DNA of 64,000 nucleotides from Dethiobacter alkaliphilus. Lineage in GTDB: Bacteria > Bacillota > Dethiobacteria > DTU022 > UBA8154. Of the stretch, positions 8,483-18,113 are shown in pieces (within the stretch, counting starts at the first letter, position 1; each line of letters begins with the position of its first letter). The notes beneath the pieces are model-generated. The model was given only the letters and a program-made list of their open reading frames with translations, made no database searches and was not told the origin of the DNA. The translations under genes and the position numbers were made by a program. The DNA lies in assembly GCA_016841605.1 (NCBI GenBank), contig JAENYV010000003.1:9064-73063 (forward strand). The letters are read 5' to 3'.

Positions 8483-8710
8483 CTAATGGTACAGCCCATT
8501 TGATATCTTTTTCAGCAAAGCATCCAGCAGAGTCAACAGCCTGCTCATTTTATCGCGGTCGCTGCTGGGACGCATACTTTGATAAATTAACATCCGGACT
8601 GCTTCCCTGTTATTTAAACGCGTAATATAATTTTTATTTGCCTGCTGAAGAAAAACAACGGTCTGCAAGGGTACCTTTATGTTTGCATTCAGGTTGCTCT
8701 TCCGCTCCAC
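8483..8710 (-). CDS. hypothetical protein (orphan, 75 aa)
   Basis: ORF only; no recognisable motif; low coding confidence. Confidence 0.25.
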   Translation of the reverse strand: MERKSNLNANIKVPLQTVVFLQQANKNYITRLNNREAVRMLIYQSMRPSSDRDKMSRLLTLLDALLKKISNGLYH

Positions 8711-8798
8711 GGCGTACCGTAGACATGAAATTGCGCCTCCCTTAATCCGTCAGGTGCGCTAAATTCTGCTAAATTCTGCTATTTGCAAAACTTTTTAC

Positions 8799-9593
8799 TT
8801 AGGATAGTAAGGCACGGTCATTGCTAAATTCCTCACCGCTGGCTTGGCCGAAACGTTGCAAAAGAGCCTCCACAGTTAACTGTTGTTTGGTCTCGCCTTT
8901 TATATCCAACAAAATGCGGCCGTCATACATCATTATCAACCGGTTACCATGCTTAATGGCATCCCTCATATTATGGGTAACCATCAAAGTAGTAAGCTTA
9001 CCTTCTTCAATGAATTTATCGCTAAGCTCCAGGACCTTGGCTGCTGTTTTGGGATCAAGGGCTGCCGTATGTTCATCCAGCAGTAAGAGCTTTGGTTTCC
9101 TGAGCGTAGCCATTAAAAGTGTCAAGGCCTGACGCTGACCGCCGGAAAGTAATCCAACCCTGGCACCCAGGCGATTCTCCAACCCTAAATCCAAAGGTCT
9201 GAGTAACTCTTTATAGAGCTCCCTCTCTTTCTGACTGATACCCCACCTTAAACTGCGATTCCGGCCACGGCGGTAAGCAAGGGCCAAATTTTCTTCAATT
9301 TCCATATTGGCGGCAGTTCCGACCATCGGATCCTGAAAAACACGTCCCAAAATGCCGGCACGTTTATGTTCGGAAAACTTGGTTACATCAATACCGTCAA
9401 TGATAATGGCTCCCTGGTCAACTGCATGGACACCTGCTATACAGTTGAGCAAAGTTGACTTGCCCGATCCGTTGCCACCGATTAAAGTAACAAAATCACC
9501 TTCCTCAAGGTTAAGGCTTATATTGCGTAAGGCAGTTTTTTCATTGACAGTACCGATATTAAAAGTTTTATATACTCCGCCTACTGACAGCAC
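8799..9593 (-). CDS. ABC transporter ATP-binding protein (COG1101-type)
   Basis: Walker A GGNGSGKST and signature LSGGQRQ; C-terminal extension typical of COG1101. Confidence 0.85.
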   Translation of the reverse strand: MLSVGGVYKTFNIGTVNEKTALRNISLNLEEGDFVTLIGGNGSGKSTLLNCIAGVHAVDQGAIIIDGIDVTKFSEHKRAGILGRVFQDPMVGTAANMEIEENLALAYRRGRNRSLRWGISQKERELYKELLRPLDLGLENRLGARVGLLSGGQRQALTLLMATLRKPKLLLLDEHTAALDPKTAAKVLELSDKFIEEGKLTTLMVTHNMRDAIKHGNRLIMMYDGRILLDIKGETKQQLTVEALLQRFGQASGEEFSNDRALLS

Positions 9594-9594
9594 C

Positions 9595-10521
9595 TTACAT
9601 CCCCACCTTCATACTTTTCGTAATGGGACTAAGGTAAGATCTGAACACAGGCAATGCTAAAGCAATGGCCACAGTAATAGCTGTAAACAACTTCAAATCA
9701 TTAGCAGGCATACCTATTTCCAGAACTAAGGCAATAATAACACGATAAGTTATCGCTCCGAGAACAAGAGAAACCAAGCGACTGAAGAAGTTCCTTTTTC
9801 CAAAAAGAACTTCACCTATTATTACAGAGGCTAAACCTATGACAATAGATCCGATACCCATTTGAACATCGGCAAAGCTTTGCTGCTGGGCGATCAGAGC
9901 GCCGCTGACAGCTACTAAACCGTTGCTGATAATTAAACCTAAGATGATCATATTATTTGTATTAATCCCTTGAGCCCGGGACATTTGGGGATTATCCCCC
10001 GTGGAGCGGACAGAACAACCCACCTCTGTTCCAAAGAACCAATATAAAATCCCGATTATTCCCAAAACACAAAGCAAGCCTAAGGTAATGACAGGAACTA
10101 CCTGGCTGATGCCTAAATTTACAAACACAGTATTTTTATCCACACCCATATCTTTAAAGACTGTATACACAGTTTCCATCCGTAGCAGCGAAAGATTCGC
10201 TTTGCCAAGTATACGTAAATTTATGGAATAAAGGGCAATCATAGTTAAAATACCGGATAACAGGGCCGGGACTTTCAGCCTTGTATGCAATAAACCTGTG
10301 ATAAGACCTGCCGCCATACCGCCGACAAGAGCCAAAAAGGTTGCCGCATACGGGTTGATACCGGAGTAAATAGCTTGGGCGGCAATGGCAGCGCCCATGG
10401 CGATGCTCCCTTCTACCGTCAAGTCAGCAATATCCAAAATTCGGTAGGTAATATAGACACCTATCGTCATAATTGCCCACAAAAGGCCCAACATAACCGC
10501 GCCTAAAATAATCTGCAGCAT
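9595..10521 (-). CDS. ABC transporter permease (COG4120-type)
   Basis: ~10-TM permease; start moved to ATG 10519-10521, which has a GGTGG RBS. Confidence 0.75.
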   Translation of the reverse strand: MLQIILGAVMLGLLWAIMTIGVYITYRILDIADLTVEGSIAMGAAIAAQAIYSGINPYAATFLALVGGMAAGLITGLLHTRLKVPALLSGILTMIALYSINLRILGKANLSLLRMETVYTVFKDMGVDKNTVFVNLGISQVVPVITLGLLCVLGIIGILYWFFGTEVGCSVRSTGDNPQMSRAQGINTNNMIILGLIISNGLVAVSGALIAQQQSFADVQMGIGSIVIGLASVIIGEVLFGKRNFFSRLVSLVLGAITYRVIIALVLEIGMPANDLKLFTAITVAIALALPVFRSYLSPITKSMKVGM

Positions 10522-10657
10522 GCCACCACCCGTTTCTAATCTTTTTAAGCAAAATTGTGTGACCGACAGCACGCGGCAGCCCCCCCGTTTCCCCAGTGAG
10601 CTGCCGTATGCTGATAACGTACAGAAAGATAACAAATTTTACCGTTCTCTTCTTGTC

Positions 10658-11686
10658 TTATTCAATAATATATTGCTGTAAATCAGCCGGAATCTCCAAT
10701 CCTATTTCTTCAGCTACAGTTCCATTGATGGCGAAATCAAAACCACTGGCAGATTCAATGGGCATGGAAGCGGTTTCTGCTTCTCCTTTAAAAATTTTAA
10801 CAGCCATCAAACCGGTTTGGTATCCCAAATCATAATAGTTTATCCCTAAAGTAGCCAATCCTCCTGAGTTTACCATACCGGATTCACCACAAATAACAGG
10901 AGTCTTGGATTCCGATGTTACACCATGCACAATTGGCATTGCCGATGCAAAGATATTATCAGTGGGAATATAGATCGCATCACATTCATTAACAATAGAT
11001 TGCGTAGCCTGCTGTACTTCATTTGAATTAGAGACGGTCACTTCAACATAAGTAAGGCCCAATTTTTCAATTGCTTCTTTGGCAAGCTGGGCCTGCAAGA
11101 TGGAATTGTCTTCACTTGAGGTATAAAGAACCCCGACTGTTTTTGCCTCAGGAACCAGTTTAACCAGCAGGTCAATCTGCTCTTTAATGGGGTTCATATC
11201 CGTCGTCCCGCTGACATTTCCCCCGGGAGCTTCATTGGAGTCCACCAACCTTGCGACCACATAATCGGTAATTGCTGTTCCCAAGATGGGGATCTCGGTT
11301 GTTTTGCCGGCCATAGATTGAGCTGCCGGAGTTGCAATGGCAAGGACCAGATCAACTTTGTTGCCGACAAAACGATCGCTGATCGTAGACATATTGGCCG
11401 AATCACCCTGCGCGTTTTGGTAATCAATGGTGATATTTTCACCTTCTTGATAACCATTATCTTGCAGAGCCACGATAAACCCTTCTCTCGCCGAATCCAG
11501 GGCAATATGGTCTACATACTGAATAATACCGATATTTAAGTTTTCTCCAGCGCTACCGCCACCGTCACTACCGTCACCGACCGGTTCCGTCCCCTCTGAA
11601 TCCGTCGTTCCCCCTGAACAGCCTGCAAAAGTCAAAATTAACATAACAGACAGTATCAGGGTTAAAATTTTTGCATATTTCTTCAT
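10658..11686 (-). CDS. ABC transporter substrate-binding lipoprotein (COG2984-type)
   Basis: Lipoprotein signal LTFAGCSGG; strong GGAGGGG RBS before ATG 11684-11686. Confidence 0.8.
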   Translation of the reverse strand: MKKYAKILTLILSVMLILTFAGCSGGTTDSEGTEPVGDGSDGGGSAGENLNIGIIQYVDHIALDSAREGFIVALQDNGYQEGENITIDYQNAQGDSANMSTISDRFVGNKVDLVLAIATPAAQSMAGKTTEIPILGTAITDYVVARLVDSNEAPGGNVSGTTDMNPIKEQIDLLVKLVPEAKTVGVLYTSSEDNSILQAQLAKEAIEKLGLTYVEVTVSNSNEVQQATQSIVNECDAIYIPTDNIFASAMPIVHGVTSESKTPVICGESGMVNSGGLATLGINYYDLGYQTGLMAVKIFKGEAETASMPIESASGFDFAINGTVAEEIGLEIPADLQQYIIE

Positions 11687-11760
11687 GACTTCCCCTCCGG
11701 ATAATTTAATTAATTTTTTCAATTAAACCTTTTCAGGTTAAATTGACATTTAAGTATATA

Positions 11761-12050
11761 TGTAAAAAAACGCCGCCTGTCTAACAGGGGCGAATAATCG
11801 CGGTACCACCTTGTCTTCATTGTATACAATCCTTGTATACAACAACCTCAGCGAGCAACAACCATTGCTCCTCCACGATAACGGCTGGAATCCGACATAG
11901 CCTACAGGGCTTTCGCCGTTCAGTATGTGGCTCTCAAGATGAATTCACAGTACCTAATATCCTGCTTTCTCACACCAACCGAAAGCTCTCTGCATGAATT
12001 AGCATTACTGCTACTGGTTCCTGGTCATAACCTTTAGTAAATAAATAATA
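11761..12050 (-). promoter_or_regulatory. T-box riboswitch leader controlling the ABC importer operon
   Basis: Minus strand shows the stem I AGAGA motif, a distal GCTTTC...GAAAGC helix and the T-box AAGGTGGTACCGCGAT, followed by a terminator and T7 run (11761-11800). Confidence 0.55.
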
Positions 12051-12328
12051 TATTATTACATCTGTATTTGTCAACCGTTTTGTGGCTTCATTCCACAGAT
12101 ACGGTCCATCTACAAGACCAAATAGGTAAAAAATTTGGCTTTTATGTTAAACTTTTCTACGAAATATCAAGGCAAGAAGGAGTAATAAACAGGAATATCG
12201 AAGATAATGTCGAATTTGGAGATAATGTCTAATTTGAAGATGAGAGATGATTATCACAATACAATATTTCAACGGACCGGAGGCGCCTGGGCGACAGGAA
12301 GAATGGGTGGGGGGTTAAATCTATTTCA

Positions 12329-13597
12329 ATGGAAAAAAAAGTTGGTCATGATAATAAATTTATAAATAACGAAATACAAACACAATTATCCGGTGAAGCA
12401 ATCATAAAGCAGAATTATTTGGGTAATAAAGGCATAATTGTGTTCTTAGCGATGCTAAGCGCTTTTGTGCCGCTTTCAACCGACCTTTATCTTCCTGCTT
12501 TGCCCACCATGACCAGGTATTTTCATGTGCATGAATTTCAAACAAATTTGACTCTTATCCTCTTCTTTATCTTTTTCAGTCTCGGAACTCTCATCTGGGG
12601 ACCGTTGAGCGACAAATACGGACGCAGACCCATCTTGCTTCTCGGTCTTACAGGATATACTATTGCAAGTATTTTATGCGCTGTTTCGTTAAATATCTAC
12701 CAGTTGATCTTTTTCCGGATTTTGCAGGCTTCCGGGGGTAGCGTTGCCAGCGCTTTGGCTACAGCCATTGTCAGAGATATGTATCAGGGGAGAAAACGGG
12801 AATCAACTTTGGCGCTTGTGCAGTCGATGGTAGTTATCTCCCCTGCCGTCGCGCCGGTTATCGGCGCACTTTTATTACAATTCACATCCTGGAGAGGGGT
12901 TTTTGCTACTCAGGCAATTTTGGGCGTCATAGCATTTACCGGTGCGGCCGTTTTCCAAGAAACGCTACAATTAAAAAGTAACGGCACTATTATACAGACA
13001 ATTGGGCGCCTTTTGGTGGTTCTCAAAAATCCCGGATTTTCCTCCTTACTGATTATTTTCTCTATGCCGACCATAGCCACTATGGCATTCATATCATCAT
13101 CTTCTTATATCTATCAAGATACTTTCGGTTTGAGCAGTCAGGTATACAGCTATTATTTTGCCTTTAATGCCGCAGGGATGCTGATCGGGCCACTAATCTA
13201 TATAATGCTTTCGGCTCGCTTTAAACGTTTTTCGATCATCAACACCTGCTTTGCTGTTATGGTATTGGGCGGAATTCTGGTTTATCTGTTGGGACGTAAC
13301 GGACCGTGGTTTTTAGCCGTAATGCTGCTGCCCGCGACTATTGTGGCAAGCTGCACCCGTCCGCCGGGGACATACTTTATGCTGGAGCAACAGAAAGAAG
13401 ATGCCGGCTCGGCTTCTTCTCTGATGAGTTCGTTTGCAATTATGATGGGAAGTTTCGGGATAATTATGGTCTCACTCGGCCTTGGTAATTTAATACAGGT
13501 TGTCGCCGTGCTGAATATTATACTCGGAACACTGTGCGGAGGGTTGTGGCTGGCCATAACGAGAAGACCGTTTTTAAAGTCGGTAAGGGGAATGTAA
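12329..13597 (+). CDS. MFS transporter (Bcr/CflA-like drug:H+ antiporter)
   Basis: 12 TM segments; MFS motif GPLSDKYGRRPILL. Confidence 0.8.
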   Translation: MEKKVGHDNKFINNEIQTQLSGEAIIKQNYLGNKGIIVFLAMLSAFVPLSTDLYLPALPTMTRYFHVHEFQTNLTLILFFIFFSLGTLIWGPLSDKYGRRPILLLGLTGYTIASILCAVSLNIYQLIFFRILQASGGSVASALATAIVRDMYQGRKRESTLALVQSMVVISPAVAPVIGALLLQFTSWRGVFATQAILGVIAFTGAAVFQETLQLKSNGTIIQTIGRLLVVLKNPGFSSLLIIFSMPTIATMAFISSSSYIYQDTFGLSSQVYSYYFAFNAAGMLIGPLIYIMLSARFKRFSIINTCFAVMVLGGILVYLLGRNGPWFLAVMLLPATIVASCTRPPGTYFMLEQQKEDAGSASSLMSSFAIMMGSFGIIMVSLGLGNLIQVVAVLNIILGTLCGGLWLAITRRPFLKSVRGM

Positions 13598-13678
13598 ATC
13601 AGAGCTATTGAACTGTAGACAAAATGTACAATTTACATAAAGAAAATGAAAAAAATCACATAAATTGCTAACACTAAA

Positions 13679-14332
13679 TTACTGGTTGCTAAAAATGTCC
13701 AAACCGGGAAATACCGTATGGGAATCAAGCGGCTGTTTTTCATCAACAAACAAACCTTTAATTATATAAGCTGACCGCGTATCTAGAATAAAATCCCAGT
13801 TTTGATAGGTTAAAAGAGAATTACCATATTTTTCATAAATTTTAACGCGTACCCGGACCATGCCGTCCTCTTCCTTTTTGGCGTCCATAAATTCGTAGTC
13901 TACAATAGCGGGGTAAAGGCCGCCAATGGGGATGACAACTTCCGGTCCGAGCAAGTTGGTGTCGAAATTGCTGCTTACCAATTCTTTACCTGTTTCGTCG
14001 CGCTCGTCAAAGGCCATGATAAAACGGGTAATCCTATTACGGATACTAATCCATTCTCCCTCAGTCAATCCCACAGAGCCCGACCATATATCCGGAGAAT
14101 GATTGATATTTACTGCCCGGTTATCTTCATCCCACTTTACATTTGCACCCAAGACTTCTGCTACCCACCTGATAGGAGCCATTGTTCTGCCGCTAATAAG
14201 TTGCGGCGGGACATCGGGCTTAGTTTCTCGGCCGTTGATAAATAGCTTGATAGGGGCATCAGCACAAACTGTAGCGGCAAAAATACAAACCAGCAAACAA
14301 ACACTGATAACAGCCAACCACTTCTTTTCCAT
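13679..14332 (-). CDS. secreted copper-amine-oxidase N-terminal-domain (stalk) protein
   Basis: Signal peptide, then ISGRTMAPIRWVAEVLGANVKWDEDNRAVNI, the Cu_amine_oxidN1 repeat. Confidence 0.55.
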   Translation of the reverse strand: MEKKWLAVISVCLLVCIFAATVCADAPIKLFINGRETKPDVPPQLISGRTMAPIRWVAEVLGANVKWDEDNRAVNINHSPDIWSGSVGLTEGEWISIRNRITRFIMAFDERDETGKELVSSNFDTNLLGPEVVIPIGGLYPAIVDYEFMDAKKEEDGMVRVRVKIYEKYGNSLLTYQNWDFILDTRSAYIIKGLFVDEKQPLDSHTVFPGLDIFSNQ

Positions 14333-14407
14333 ATGGCAAAAGCTCCTTTAAAATTTACTCAAGGCTATATTATTTCTCATAGACATAGACGAAAAGAAGA
14401 CCATACG

Positions 14408-14487
14408 GTTTTAACCCTTTTAGATATAATTCACTGTTAATCCTCTATATCTTTCTCTTTCCTTCATTTTCTCTCTAACAATAAAAT
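14408..14487. repeat. ~80-bp intergenic element, copy 1 (TTAGATATAATTCACT core)
   Basis: About 80% identical over ~80 bp to copy 2 at 15381-15457, in the same orientation; sits upstream of the minus-strand gene 13679-14332. Confidence 0.6.
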
Positions 14488-14496
14488 TTGTTTAAC

Positions 14497-15222
14497 CTAT
14501 CCTTTCGTATGTTTTTCAATAACTTCAAGATAAAGATTCCTGTAAGCTTCTATATCAAATATCATTGCTTTTTCAGCTTCTTCGGGATCACGATTTTTAA
14601 TAGAGCTATAAATTGCATAATGGGTTTTCATTACAAGATCAATATTATTTTCTTCCAGAGCAATATTTGAATAAGTTTGGAAAATAAGCTTACGAATGGC
14701 CTGAACTATATAAAAAAGAACCTTATTTTGTGACGCTAGAGCAACAATTTCATGCAAATCAAAAGTTTTTTTATAAAATTCTTCTTTGGAATCTACTCTC
14801 AGATTAAGAACTTTGGACATTGCTGCAAGATTTTCTTCTGAGCGGTTAAGGGCCGCCATTCTTACAGTTATACATTCAATTGCTTTTCTTGCTTCCATCA
14901 GCTCATCAAAACTGGCTTTCTGTGTTTGTAAAAGTAAATCAAGACCATTAACAATTATTCCCGAATCGATTTTATTAACGAATCTTCCCCCCTTATAGCC
15001 CTGTACAGTGGTAATTAATCCGATCCCTTCCAGCTCCCTTAAACCTTCTCGCGTAGCCGCACGACTTATTCCTAAAGTCTGAGATAGCTCAATTTCAGTC
15101 GGCAACTGGTCTCCAACTTTGTATACGCCGGAGATAATGTAATCTTTTAACATCTCAAAAACGTAATTATGAGCAGATCTTTTTTTATACGGTTTAAAAT
15201 TCGGCTTAGTCTTTTTGTTCAT
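14497..15222 (-). CDS. GntR-family transcriptional regulator (FadR/FCD subfamily)
   Basis: N-terminal wHTH (LPTEIELSQTLGISRAATREGLRELE) plus a C-terminal FCD-like helical domain; AAGGAG RBS at ATG 15220-15222. Confidence 0.85.
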   Translation of the reverse strand: MNKKTKPNFKPYKKRSAHNYVFEMLKDYIISGVYKVGDQLPTEIELSQTLGISRAATREGLRELEGIGLITTVQGYKGGRFVNKIDSGIIVNGLDLLLQTQKASFDELMEARKAIECITVRMAALNRSEENLAAMSKVLNLRVDSKEEFYKKTFDLHEIVALASQNKVLFYIVQAIRKLIFQTYSNIALEENNIDLVMKTHYAIYSSIKNRDPEEAEKAMIFDIEAYRNLYLEVIEKHTKG

Positions 15223-15380
15223 AAAAAAATACTCCTTATACAATAATTTTACATATAAATGTCTGACATAGCTATGATACATAATATTTTATTTTTGATA
15301 ACTATGTCAAGTACTAATTAGGGATAGATTAATAAACCTAAAGAACAAACTGCTCCTTTACCCCTTTCCATCTTCAAATA

Positions 15381-15457
15381 GGTTTAACCCCTTTAGATAT
15401 AATTCACTATTAGACCTACCATATCTTCCCTTCATTACCTTCTAATAATAAAAATCA
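15381..15457. repeat. ~80-bp intergenic element, copy 2
   Basis: Direct repeat of 14408-14487; located in the gntR promoter region. Confidence 0.6.
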
Positions 15458-15606
15458 AGCCAGACATGCCAATTAACAGTCTGACTATAAAATACTCTTA
15501 TTCAGTCTCTTTGGGTTCCTCATTCCCCAAGCCCTTAATGCCTATATGAATAAAACTGTAAGCAATGCGGATATATTCTACTCTGTCTCTCAAAACTTGC
15601 CTGCAG

Positions 15607-16206
15607 TTAGAGTATTGCGGTTCTTTTACGAACTCCCATTTTTTTTAGTATATTGCTGACATGAATTTTAACTGTATTTTCCGAAATAAACAGGGTAGAG
15701 GCTATAACTTTGTTTGACATACCCTGCTTGATTAATGCCGCTATTTCTCGTTCCCGTAAAGAAAGATTTTGTAAGTTATTTTGGTTTTGCAGTTCCTTAA
15801 ACAAAGCTGAACCCAAAGAATCGGAAATTAGGATGTTGCCTCTCCAAATTTTTTGAATACTCTCCTCTAGATCAGAAAAAGGCGTACTTTTTAGAAGATA
15901 GCCGTCAATTTTATACTGAGAAGCCTCAAAAATATCTTTTTCATTTCTTGACACAGTCAATAAAATTACAGTTGTATCAGGGCTTAGAGCTTTGATTTTC
16001 GGAATGGCTTCAAAGCTTTTTTCATCGTGATTAATATACAAATCCAAAAGTAATACATTCGGTTGTAGTTTTTTTATCAGTTCGATACCGTCAATCAGAT
16101 TGTCGGCATCGGCAAGAACCATGCTCCACTCGGTCTGGTTAAGTAACTGAATCAGACCTCGTCGGAATATTTCATGGTCATCAATTACTATAATACCTAA
16201 TTTCAT
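15607..16206 (-). CDS. response regulator, NarL/LuxR family
   Basis: REC domain (IVIDDHE...D) plus C-terminal LuxR HTH (LSLREREIAALIKQGMSNKVIA); GGGAGG RBS. Confidence 0.85.
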   Translation of the reverse strand: MKLGIIVIDDHEIFRRGLIQLLNQTEWSMVLADADNLIDGIELIKKLQPNVLLLDLYINHDEKSFEAIPKIKALSPDTTVILLTVSRNEKDIFEASQYKIDGYLLKSTPFSDLEESIQKIWRGNILISDSLGSALFKELQNQNNLQNLSLREREIAALIKQGMSNKVIASTLFISENTVKIHVSNILKKMGVRKRTAIL

Positions 16207-16239
16207 CGCTTTCCTCCCAATTGTCCTATAAAACGCCAA

Positions 16240-17838
16240 TTATACTTGAACAGAAACTGTGATCTGCGTCCCTTGCTTTTGGCAAGATGTAATTTTAAAA
16301 ATAGCGCCGATTTCTTCTGCACGCTCCCGCATAACAGACAAACCGTAACCCACACTTTTATTGCTTTTATCAAAACCTTGGCCGTTATCATCGATTTTAA
16401 TGAGAAGTTGATTGTTTTGCTGTGTAATCGAAATGGAGGCGCTTCTAGCTTTACTGTGTTTTCGGATATTGGTGAGGCTTTCCTGAATGATACGAAACAA
16501 CTGGATCTGTGTATTCATCGGCATCTGACAATTAAGCTGATTAATTTCAATATTTAATTCGATATCTGGGTAACTGCTCATAAATGATTGAAGATATTTG
16601 TTTACAATATCAGTAAAGGAGTCATCTTCCTCTGTTTTTAACAATCTTAAGCCCAAAATCGTATCGTGTATATCATTATTTGTTAAATACACTAAATCTT
16701 TACATTCTTGAATTTCATCCAAAACAGAATAAGGCACCTCTTCGTTGGCATTCTGCCGTTGAATAAACTCCAGTTTATTGGCAATTGCAGACAACTGTTG
16801 CGCCAAAGAATCATGCAACTCGCGGGATATGCGGCTATATTCCTTGGCTATGGCATGATCTTGTGACTCTTTAATATACAAATATTTTCTCATGGCAACC
16901 AAGAGATTGTTACCAATTTGGGTCAGAGAGATGATATCAAAATCTTTATACTGGTTGTGCTCCTGGCCAAAGGCCAAAATAGCAATAGCAGTATCCTCCA
17001 AATCCAAATACATTAAATTAAGCTTCTCAATATTGCAGGAATTGAAAAAGTTAATTAAAGCAGGCTCTGTCAATGATGACCTTTCAATAATCAAAGGTAC
17101 TTTGTTAGTATCCTTTTCCAGTAGGTTGATTAGTTCCGGTGTAAACAGGCTGTCCTTTTCCTTAATACCTTTTGCAAATACCTTGTTGGAGGGTTTTAAG
17201 ATAATAAAGGTACAATTGGCGTTTAGTAAAACCATGCTTTCTTCCAAAGCAATATTGCACAAATGGTTCAGGTCATTAATTCTAAAAAGTTCCGTCCCTA
17301 AGACATACATCTTTTTGATTTGCCGTTCCTGCTCGATACTGATACGCAAACTTAGATGATCTTTAAGATAAAGCCCGAAAAGATTTCCTAAAAGCGAAAG
17401 TGTCTCTCTTTGTTCCAGCGTAAACTTCTTACTCTCTTGATAGCCGAAATTCAAAAGCCCCATAACTTTTTCTCCTGCCAGCAACGGTACGGAAATAAAA
17501 CTCCTGAAGCCTGCTTTGAAAACTACCGGCCGGACAAAGCGCGGGTCATTTTCCGTATCTTCGCTGATCCTAACAGAATGCAGAGAAACGGTTGTACCGC
17601 CAAAACCAAAACCCTGAACAACCGTCTGAATGTTTTCGGTATATTCCGGCGGAAAACCGACGGAATATACCAACTTAAAAATGTTCGTATTATTGGGGCT
17701 GGGCAAATAGACTGCGCCTGCATCAAAATTATATACAGATAGAATATGATGAAAACTAGTCAATATACCATCATGGTATTTTTCTAATAAATTATATTTT
17801 AGGCTTAAGCGTTTATTGAATATACCCGATTGCAACAT
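16240..17838 (-). CDS. sensor histidine kinase with tandem GAF domains (NarL-type HisKA_3)
   Basis: H-box ELHDSLAQQLSAI, HATPase N/G boxes and two N-terminal GAF-like segments; AAGGAG RBS. Confidence 0.85.
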   Translation of the reverse strand: MLQSGIFNKRLSLKYNLLEKYHDGILTSFHHILSVYNFDAGAVYLPSPNNTNIFKLVYSVGFPPEYTENIQTVVQGFGFGGTTVSLHSVRISEDTENDPRFVRPVVFKAGFRSFISVPLLAGEKVMGLLNFGYQESKKFTLEQRETLSLLGNLFGLYLKDHLSLRISIEQERQIKKMYVLGTELFRINDLNHLCNIALEESMVLLNANCTFIILKPSNKVFAKGIKEKDSLFTPELINLLEKDTNKVPLIIERSSLTEPALINFFNSCNIEKLNLMYLDLEDTAIAILAFGQEHNQYKDFDIISLTQIGNNLLVAMRKYLYIKESQDHAIAKEYSRISRELHDSLAQQLSAIANKLEFIQRQNANEEVPYSVLDEIQECKDLVYLTNNDIHDTILGLRLLKTEEDDSFTDIVNKYLQSFMSSYPDIELNIEINQLNCQMPMNTQIQLFRIIQESLTNIRKHSKARSASISITQQNNQLLIKIDDNGQGFDKSNKSVGYGLSVMRERAEEIGAIFKITSCQKQGTQITVSVQV

Positions 17839-18113
17839 AGCAATGCTCCTTTCCGGTTACACATCAAGACAAATATCATTGTCACAATCAAGGAAAACTC
17901 TGAAATATTATGAATTTATAATTAGTTTAGCGGCTCTAAAAGTTTGTGTCAAGGGTTATAGCCCAAAAATAATACTCCTATATTATCTTAATTAGGCCAT
18001 TATAACTATGTATGTAATATTGCATATATAATACTTTATCTTTACAATTATAATGTAAGTCAAAATATTCGTTGTTCATTATTATTATTAAAATTGTACA
18101 AGGAGTGGGTTTT

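Noticed and set aside
13598-13678. PadR-like ATGT-N7-ACAT palindrome (ATGTACAATTTACAT) between convergent genes
   Set aside because: Located in a convergent 3-prime intergenic region with no promoter downstream; more likely a weak terminator stem or chance.
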